Shown: in pieces, positions 35,909-42,737 of the stretch
Layout of the letters: each line of letters opens with the position of its first letter
Numbering within the stretch: position 1 is the first letter of the stretch
Assembly: GCA_039802265.1 (NCBI GenBank)
Contig: JBDRWI010000010.1
Coordinates: 1-42,737 of the forward strand
Source of the DNA: a candidate division WOR-3 bacterium
GTDB taxonomy: Bacteria; Hydrothermota; Tepidihabitantia; SM23-42; JAOAFX01
Reading direction: 5' to 3'
DNA length: 42,737 nucleotides
Notes under the pieces: generated by a model
The model's input: the letters and a program-made list of their open reading frames with translations, nothing else
Told to the model about the DNA's origin: nothing
Database searches by the model: none
Position numbers and translations under genes: made by a program

Positions 35909-38900
35909 ATGAATAGAAAAAAAATTATGTTATTATTGGCAGTCTTCCCGATAATCCTGTTTGCCGGGTCAATACAATACACCTTTCGGTTTTCTTTAAG
36001 CGACCTCACTTTCTCTGAGTATAACGGCTACGATGTAGTAAAGATAAAAGATGGAGTTGCTAACACCGAGGTTGGTAAACCTTCAATTCCATTTATCGTT
36101 GCCAATTTTGTCATTCCACCAGATGCTGAGGTAGTTGATGTTGCGGTTGTTGAAAAGAAGACGCAGGAGATACCCGGTACATACAATATCTGTCCGGTTC
36201 AAACACCAAGGCCAATCTCTTATAAGGGTGATGTCCCATTTGTTGAACCGGCACCGGATGTCTATAGTTCTTCAAATCCCTATCCAGAAAAGGATATTGT
36301 ATCATTCCCTTCCGGTTCAATGAGTGGCTTTCGGATTGCGGGAATATTTGTAAATCCAATGAAGTACATTCCTAAAGAAAAGAAACTGATACTGACTACT
36401 GAATTGACGGTAAAAGTTCAATACCGAGAAGGGGTCTACAATCCCATCCGGCTTACAGAAAAACAGCGGGAAGTATTCAGTCAGGGTGTAGAATTGATTG
36501 TAGTAAACCATAATGATATTGCAAGATTCTCACCGCCGGTAAAGCGCGAACCACCCCGTGCCTGCAATTACGCAATAATCACAAATTCCACCCTTCAGTC
36601 AGCCTGGCAGAGACTTGCCAACTGGAAGATTGCCGCAGGTTATACTGCCCAGGTCTTCACAACCGACTGGATTTATTCAAATTATACAGGTTACGACAAT
36701 CAAGAGAAAATTCGCAATTTCTTGAAGGATTATTTTCAAAATCAGGGGCTAATCTATGCGGTCTTGGGCGGGGATAACAATATTGTTCCCGAGCGCGATG
36801 CCTATTGCAGTTACTATGATCCGTATTACCTTGCCTCAGATTATTACTATTCGGACCTGGATGGAACCTGGGATGGCAATGGAAATCATCTCTATGGTGA
36901 GGTAACCGGTGATAATGTTGACGGTTATTTTGATATCTATGTAGGCAGGCCACCGGTTGATGATGCGACAGAAATCAATTACTTTCTGAATAAAGACTCT
37001 ACATATATCTATAATCCACCATCCAGTTATATCCAGAAGATTCTCTTACCATCGGTAATGCTCTTCTCGCAATATAACTATCACGGCCGGGTAGTGAATA
37101 ATGCCATCGGTGATATGTTCCCGGGCTGGACAGTTACAAAAATTGAAGACCAAACTGCACCTGCCACGAGAAATGCATTTAATCAAAACTACAACTTAAT
37201 GCATATTGCCGCACACGGTGACCAGAATGGGACCTATACCGAATATGGTTCACCGGTATTTACATCTTCTGATATACCTTACCTCACCAATACGATGCCC
37301 ACAATCTTAAACTCTATTGCCTGTTATTCTGGTGACTTTGATGAATATAACGACTGTTTTGCCGAGGCACTGGTAACAGATGACTATGGTTGTGTCGCAA
37401 CAATAATGAACTCAAGATATGGCTGGGGGACTCCACCAAGTATGGGTCCTTCAGAGCAGATGGATACCTGTTTCTATTCGGTTGTCCATAAAGACACCTT
37501 CCATATTGGTATCCTTCATGGTGCCTCAAAGAACCATTACCGTAATCTGATATGGAATGCGAGTCAAGAGCCCTGGCATTATTGTGGAGTTGAGTTGAAT
37601 TTATTTGGTGACCCGGAGATGAGTGTGCGCCTTGCACCAGCGAATCAGCCTTATATCTACATTGCCAGTAAGACCCTGAATGACCAGAATGGAAATGGCG
37701 TCTGGGACCCGGGCGAATATGCTGAACTCATTACTACACTTTCTAATGGTGGCAGTGTGAATGCAACAAATGTCAATGCAGTCTTGAGGGCAACGACAAA
37801 TAGTCAATATGTTACGATAACCGATTCTACTTCATATTTTGGTAATATTGCAGTCGGTGGTTCAGCCAGCAATAGCAGTGACCCATTTAAGATGACTGCC
37901 GCACCTAACACACCCGATGGTACCGAAATTGGCTTTACCCTCCATATCACTGCTGATGGTGGATATTACTGGGACCAGACCTTTACGCTTACGGTTGGGA
38001 CACCGGGTCTTGATTTTGTAACCCATAATTGTGGTAATTGCCAGTTTACCGTAACTCGCTATGGTGCATTGGGATTTATGGGTTCAAATCAGGCATCGGG
38101 TGTTGGGTTTATCTATCCATCTTCGGGTTCTAATTATCTTTACTATGGTGGCTTTGCTGCCGGCACCAATTCCAGTTATTGTGTTGACCGTTATTATGAA
38201 TCCAACCAGCAGGATGACGATGACTGGAATACTACTACAAATCCTGATGGTAAATGCCGTATGTACGAACCGGGTCCTTATGGCTGGGATGAGTATGTGA
38301 CTGCAAGGTATGACGATTCCGGACACCCCTCACCAAAAGGGCTTGTCTGTGACCAATATTCCTGGGCATGGGATGATGCGACTGCCAATGACTTTGTGAT
38401 AATGAAGTTTGTTTTGACCAATAATGGCAGCACAACGATAAGCAATCTCTATTTTGCGGTGTTCATGGACTGGGATATCACTGCTCTTTATGATGCGAAT
38501 TATGGAAATTCTGAATCGGCACGCAATTTGACCTATATGTACTATACCGCCTCATATCCTTATGTGGGTGTTGAAATCCTCGACCCACCGCGTACTACAC
38601 CCGCAAAGAATCTGGCAATAATCAACAACCCAACCTATGTCTGGCCGTATTATGGTCTTCCCGATAACATTCAGATTCAATTTATGGATGGAACAATCCA
38701 GAATCCCTCAGGCACGACTGCGGATGACTGGTCAACCTGCAATTCATCCGGACCTTTTACCCTTGCCCCCGGACAGTCAACGGTTGTTGCCTTTGCAATT
38801 CTTGGTGGTACCAATCTCACTGATTTACAGGCAAATGCCGATACCGCATATAATCGCTACTGGAATTGGCCCGGAATAAAAGAGGAAGGTAGAAAGGCAG

Positions 38901-39160
38901 TAACAAACCGACTGAGCATCTATCCAGTGGTATCTAAGGGTAGATTGAATCTCGCCTACACCGATTATCAGAATGAAAAAATCGTAATGGGTCTTTATGA
39001 TATTGTTGGTCGCAAGGTCATGGAGAAGGCGTGGTCCAATCTGAGTGGCACAGGTCTATTGAAGATGGATTTAGCCCATCTGCCAAATGGTGTCTATTTT
39101 GTCCGGATTGAGAATGAGCACGAAAACCCGATGGTGGAGAAGATAATCTTGCTGAAGTAG
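35909..39160 (+). CDS. secreted C25 (gingipain-like) cysteine peptidase with T9SS-like CTD, lacking the shared module
   Basis: Signal peptide, GKPSIP propeptide, LGGD, SDYYYSDLDG, VGR, AAHG (His), ACYSG (Cys), NLFGDP, YDIVGRKV...LPNGVYFVRI. Confidence 0.9.
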   Translation: MNRKKIMLLLAVFPIILFAGSIQYTFRFSLSDLTFSEYNGYDVVKIKDGVANTEVGKPSIPFIVANFVIPPDAEVVDVAVVEKKTQEIPGTYNICPVQTPRPISYKGDVPFVEPAPDVYSSSNPYPEKDIVSFPSGSMSGFRIAGIFVNPMKYIPKEKKLILTTELTVKVQYREGVYNPIRLTEKQREVFSQGVELIVVNHNDIARFSPPVKREPPRACNYAIITNSTLQSAWQRLANWKIAAGYTAQVFTTDWIYSNYTGYDNQEKIRNFLKDYFQNQGLIYAVLGGDNNIVPERDAYCSYYDPYYLASDYYYSDLDGTWDGNGNHLYGEVTGDNVDGYFDIYVGRPPVDDATEINYFLNKDSTYIYNPPSSYIQKILLPSVMLFSQYNYHGRVVNNAIGDMFPGWTVTKIEDQTAPATRNAFNQNYNLMHIAAHGDQNGTYTEYGSPVFTSSDIPYLTNTMPTILNSIACYSGDFDEYNDCFAEALVTDDYGCVATIMNSRYGWGTPPSMGPSEQMDTCFYSVVHKDTFHIGILHGASKNHYRNLIWNASQEPWHYCGVELNLFGDPEMSVRLAPANQPYIYIASKTLNDQNGNGVWDPGEYAELITTLSNGGSVNATNVNAVLRATTNSQYVTITDSTSYFGNIAVGGSASNSSDPFKMTAAPNTPDGTEIGFTLHITADGGYYWDQTFTLTVGTPGLDFVTHNCGNCQFTVTRYGALGFMGSNQASGVGFIYPSSGSNYLYYGGFAAGTNSSYCVDRYYESNQQDDDDWNTTTNPDGKCRMYEPGPYGWDEYVTARYDDSGHPSPKGLVCDQYSWAWDDATANDFVIMKFVLTNNGSTTISNLYFAVFMDWDITALYDANYGNSESARNLTYMYYTASYPYVGVEILDPPRTTPAKNLAIINNPTYVWPYYGLPDNIQIQFMDGTIQNPSGTTADDWSTCNSSGPFTLAPGQSTVVAFAILGGTNLTDLQANADTAYNRYWNWPGIKEEGRKAVTNRLSIYPVVSKGRLNLAYTDYQNEKIVMGLYDIVGRKVMEKAWSNLSGTGLLKMDLAHLPNGVYFVRIENEHENPMVEKIILLK

Positions 39161-39169
39161 AAATTGGGC

Positions 39170-39204
39170 AAGGCCGGGGAGAATTCTTCCCCGGCCTTTT
39201 TTTT
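39170..39204 (+). terminator. rho-independent terminator
   Basis: Stem AGGCCGGGGA/TCCCCGGCCT followed by a T8 run, 10 nt after the stop codon. Confidence 0.9.
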
Positions 39205-39213
39205 ACTTTATTA

Positions 39214-39241
39214 TTGACTTTAATATCTCTTTGGATATAAT
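39214..39241 (+). promoter_or_regulatory. sigma70-type promoter of the PPIase operon
   Basis: TTGACT, 16-bp spacer, TATAAT, then a GGAGG SD. Confidence 0.7.
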
Positions 39242-39257
39242 ATATCGTGGAGGTTAA

Positions 39258-40547
39258 ATGAAACCAAAAATCTGTGCGTTTATTTTCGTTCTTTTTTTTA
39301 TTATGGGGTGCAGCGGTGATGAGGTTCTCGTAACTATTCAAGGGCAGAGATTTACCACTGCTGATTTTAAAAATGAACAACAGCTTGCACCTACTGACGA
39401 TTCCACAAAATTGAGAGCGAAGATTGATGATTTTATCAATAACAAACTCATAATTATTGAGGCAAAGGCATTGGGTTATGAAAATGACCCGGTGGTGAAG
39501 GCAGCATTTGAGACGAACCGCAAGGAAATCATCTGGCGTGGTTATTATGAGTCGCAGGTATTAGATAAAATTAAGGTGAGTGAGAGCGAAGTCAGAAAAA
39601 TCTATAATCAGATTGTTGACCAGTATCATCTTGCGATAATTGTTCAAAATAATGATTCTATTGCCGATTATATAAGTGCTCAATTAAAAAACGGAGTTCC
39701 GTTTGACTCGCTTGTGAAATATTCACTTGATACATTAACCAAAAATGGTGATATTGGTTCATTTTCCAGTCTTTCAATCCCCGAGGAACTGCTCAAGCCT
39801 CTTAAGCACACAAAGACCGGCGGTGTTGCCGGTCCGGTAAGATTTGGTGATTTTATCTATTTTCTCAAAATAATTGAACATAAGAAATCAAATACCCCGG
39901 CATATAAGGATGTCTGTGAGAATATCAGAAATAATCTCAAGTATGAAAAGGCGAAGAATAAAGGTGAAGAGTTTGTTAATCTGATCATAAAAAGGGCAAA
40001 GGTGGAATATAATCAGGAAGGGCTTGATATTTTACTTAAACCCGAATCGCTCATAACAGAAAAGGACCTTGAGACCTGGGTTGTGAAAAAATATGATACA
40101 TCTTTTGTTAAGGTAAGGACAATCATTGACGCGGTTCGGCATCATTACCGGCAATCAGGAATTGAACCCAAAATATTGATTGAAAGGGAACTGATTCCGG
40201 ATCTGGTCTATGATGCAGCAATGAAGGCAAATGCCGAGAATTTTCCTAAGATAAAAGAAAAACTCATAAAGACAATGGATAATTTAATCCATCAGAAATA
40301 CTATTCAGACCAGGTGTTAGAAAAGGTAAGGATTGATTCGGCAATGGTCTTGAATTATTACCAGCAACATAAATCAGAATACCCGGAGAAGAAACTCGCC
40401 GATATCTACACATTAATAACTGCACGATTGCGTGAAATGCAGGTCGATTCTTTGAGGACAATCCTCTTTAGTGAATTGAGAAAGAAGTATGAGCCAGAGA
40501 TAAATGAGAAAGTTTTTGCAAAGTTATTTACAAAGGAGGAACGTTGA
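39258..40547 (+). CDS. parvulin/PpiC-type peptidyl-prolyl isomerase-like lipoprotein
   Basis: Lipobox IMGC; EAKALG, VSESEV, FDSLVKYSLD..TKNGDIG (degenerate rotamase). Confidence 0.7.
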   Translation: MKPKICAFIFVLFFIMGCSGDEVLVTIQGQRFTTADFKNEQQLAPTDDSTKLRAKIDDFINNKLIIIEAKALGYENDPVVKAAFETNRKEIIWRGYYESQVLDKIKVSESEVRKIYNQIVDQYHLAIIVQNNDSIADYISAQLKNGVPFDSLVKYSLDTLTKNGDIGSFSSLSIPEELLKPLKHTKTGGVAGPVRFGDFIYFLKIIEHKKSNTPAYKDVCENIRNNLKYEKAKNKGEEFVNLIIKRAKVEYNQEGLDILLKPESLITEKDLETWVVKKYDTSFVKVRTIIDAVRHHYRQSGIEPKILIERELIPDLVYDAAMKANAENFPKIKEKLIKTMDNLIHQKYYSDQVLEKVRIDSAMVLNYYQQHKSEYPEKKLADIYTLITARLREMQVDSLRTILFSELRKKYEPEINEKVFAKLFTKEER

Positions 40548-41374
40548 AGATACATAAATGCAAGATAATAATCTCCATTTTAATTTTTACCATTATGTGT
40601 GGTACTAAAAAGGAGACCGATGTCTTGATTAGGGTCAATGGTTCAAAATTGACACTTGAGGAATTTAAGAAATATATCCCCGAGGAAGAATATAAAAATT
40701 TATCTGATGAGGCAATAAAGGGAATTTTTGACAACTGGATAAATCAAGAGGTCCTTTATCTTGAGGCAAAGAAGAAGGGGATTGACAAAGAAGATTCGGT
40801 TGTTCTCCTCCTTGAACAGTATAAGAAAAATCTTCTGGCGATGGCGCTGGTAAGAAGAGAATTTGGACAGGGAACAGTTGATGAGATGCAGATATTACAA
40901 TATTTTAATGCCCATAAAGATGAATTTTTGTATGCCGTGAAACTTGCCCAGATTGTTCTTCCGAGTTATGAGTCCGCTAATCTTACTCTGGCTGAGATAA
41001 ATGCAGGTGCAGATTTCTTCAAGCTCGCCAAAGAAAGGTCACTAACCCGGATGGAAAACCCGGAAAATCCCCGGGTTATTACCGAGTATCTGCCCCGGGG
41101 CAAAATCGGTGACTTCGCAATTGAAGAGGAAATATTCAAACTGAAAATCAACGAAATTTCAAATCCCATTCCTTATGTTCAAGGCACATATCTCATTGTC
41201 AAGATGCTTGATAAAAAGAAGATTCTCTCAAAGGCTGAATTAACCAGTGAATTGAGGACACAGATATACAATTATCTTCTCTCCAAGAATTATCAAGATT
41301 TTGTAAATCACCTCATTGATAGTTTGAAGGCGAACTACAAGATAACGACTGACCTCACACCTTTGCGCAAATGA
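40544..41374 (+). CDS. PpiC-type peptidyl-prolyl isomerase (PrsA-like)
   Basis: WINQEVLYLEAKKKG, GADFFKLAKERS, EISNPI; overlaps both neighbours by 4 bp. Confidence 0.75.
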   Translation: MKIHKCKIIISILIFTIMCGTKKETDVLIRVNGSKLTLEEFKKYIPEEEYKNLSDEAIKGIFDNWINQEVLYLEAKKKGIDKEDSVVLLLEQYKKNLLAMALVRREFGQGTVDEMQILQYFNAHKDEFLYAVKLAQIVLPSYESANLTLAEINAGADFFKLAKERSLTRMENPENPRVITEYLPRGKIGDFAIEEEIFKLKINEISNPIPYVQGTYLIVKMLDKKKILSKAELTSELRTQIYNYLLSKNYQDFVNHLIDSLKANYKITTDLTPLRK

Positions 41375-42612
41375 CAATTTTGACTTTTATAGTAATCGCC
41401 GCTATTGCCGAGCAAGTCTCGGCGGTTGTTGGTAATGAGGTAATCCTGGAGAGTGAGGTGAATGAATATGCAACATTCTTATCCAATGACCCGCTGGCGC
41501 AGAAGATGTTTTCTAATTATGATGAATTGCGTGAATATGTAATTCAGGAGTTGATTTCCCGGAGGCTATTATTTATGGAGGCAGAATCTGAATCAATAAC
41601 TGTTTCCAATGATGAGGTTCAGGAAAAGGTTAAAGATGCAATTGAGAATGTAAAACAGCGATTTCCATCCGAGGTAGATTTCTTCAAGGCCCTGGAAGAA
41701 CAGGGGTTGACACTTGAGGAATTGAAAAGGAAGTATGCGGATAACATCAGAACCGAACTGGTGATGCATCAACTTATTCAGAAGAAATTTGCCACAAAGA
41801 TTATGATTTCACCGATTGCCGTGAAGAAATTTTATGAAGAGAATAAGGACTCCATCGCGATAGTTCCGGGTCGGATTAAACTCGCCCATATTCTGTTGGC
41901 AATAAAGCCCAGTGAGGAGGCACTAAAAGATGCCTTTCAGAGGGCTATTGAGGTATATCAACTATTGGAGGGGGGTGCGGAATTTGCGGTTATCGCCAAA
42001 GAATTTTCCGAGGATGAAAATTCGCGAAAGAATGGAGGAATGCTGGGGCGGATAAAAAAGGGGGAGACCCTTGAGGAATTTGAAAAGGTCGTCTTTTCTT
42101 TAAAACCGGGTGCCATATCAACTCCTTTTCCATCCCGACTTGGTTACCATATTGTGGAGGTGTTGAATAAGGGAACGGATTGGGTCCTTGCCCGGCAGAT
42201 TTTGATAAAGGTTAAGGTGACTGCTTCCGATACCGCCAGATGCGAAAATCTTGCTAACAGAATTCGCGAATATATTAAAAAAGGTGCCGATTTTGACAGT
42301 CTGGCGAAGATATATTCCAATGCCTCCGAGGTCGACCTGGGAGAATTTTTTATAAAGCAATTTACCCCGCCATACGATGAGGTGATAAAAAAATTAGAGC
42401 CAGGTGATATCAGTGAACCAATTCTGACCCCGGAGGGATTCCACCTCCTCTATGCCCGGGATAAGTTTCCGGAAAAATCACTGACATTTGAAGAGATGAG
42501 GGACCAGATCTATCAATATCTCTATCAACAGGAACTGCAAAAGTTATATAACAATTTAATTGAGGAATTGAAGAATAAAATATTTGTCAAGGTTTTTCCC
42601 AAGACTAAATAA
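41371..42612 (+). CDS. surA: SurA-like chaperone/PPIase
   Basis: AVVGNEVILESEV SurA N-domain and two rotamase domains (LAHILL...FAVIAKEFSED...GGMLG; FDSLAKIYS...GFHL). Confidence 0.8.
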   Translation: MTILTFIVIAAIAEQVSAVVGNEVILESEVNEYATFLSNDPLAQKMFSNYDELREYVIQELISRRLLFMEAESESITVSNDEVQEKVKDAIENVKQRFPSEVDFFKALEEQGLTLEELKRKYADNIRTELVMHQLIQKKFATKIMISPIAVKKFYEENKDSIAIVPGRIKLAHILLAIKPSEEALKDAFQRAIEVYQLLEGGAEFAVIAKEFSEDENSRKNGGMLGRIKKGETLEEFEKVVFSLKPGAISTPFPSRLGYHIVEVLNKGTDWVLARQILIKVKVTASDTARCENLANRIREYIKKGADFDSLAKIYSNASEVDLGEFFIKQFTPPYDEVIKKLEPGDISEPILTPEGFHLLYARDKFPEKSLTFEEMRDQIYQYLYQQELQKLYNNLIEELKNKIFVKVFPKTK

Positions 42613-42737
42613 GATACATCAGGGGAGAACCCCTGAAACCCCCAGAGACGCTCCATCTTAAAGTTGTGCACTTTCCAGCGACTATCAGAAACCCCAGATG
42701 TATCTTGTCCATATTCTTTTCTATAATGAAAATTTTC
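42611..42737 (-). repeat. dispersed ~127-bp hairpin-containing repeat, copy B (runs to the window end)
   Basis: Reverse complement of 8944-9072 at about 88%; inverted repeats AAGATACATCAGGGG (42611-42625) / CCCCAGATGTATCTT (42692-42706). Confidence 0.85.

Overview
AT-rich bacterial chromosomal window from a diderm organism. T9SS-like C-terminal sorting domains, a TonB-dependent receptor and a SurA-like triad suggest the FCB/WOR-3 neighbourhood; this taxonomy is inference only. From left to right: (1) a minus-strand surface-polysaccharide operon (O-antigen ligase/polymerase, DegT aminotransferase, RmlC, methyltransferase, epimerase, GHMP kinase, nucleotidyltransferase, GNAT, and a partial WbqC missed by the ORF track); (2) an atypical REC-PAS-PAS protein; (3) hisC-tpl-ptb; (4) a housekeeping block (mfd, tRNA-Leu, rpsO, pnp, M16 peptidase, B12 radical SAM, truD); (5) an MFS/spermidine-synthase fusion, TBDR and lipoprotein; (6) three large secreted proteases (C25 gingipain-like, M14 carboxypeptidase, second C25); (7) three PPIase/SurA genes. 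The most unusual signal is in the first two proteases. Unrelated catalytic domains share an 842-bp, 99.4%-identical adhesin-like module whose codons end almost only in G/T. Their C-terminal domains carry gene-specific heptamer microsatellites at equivalent loops, and each gene is followed by a 10-bp-periodic purine/pyrimidine hairpin. Together these suggest a homogenised, shuffled 3' cassette under a strand-asymmetric mutation process. Other observations are a ~127-bp dispersed hairpin element in two inverted copies, two candidate structured RNAs, and a recurring 16-bp-spacer promoter architecture.
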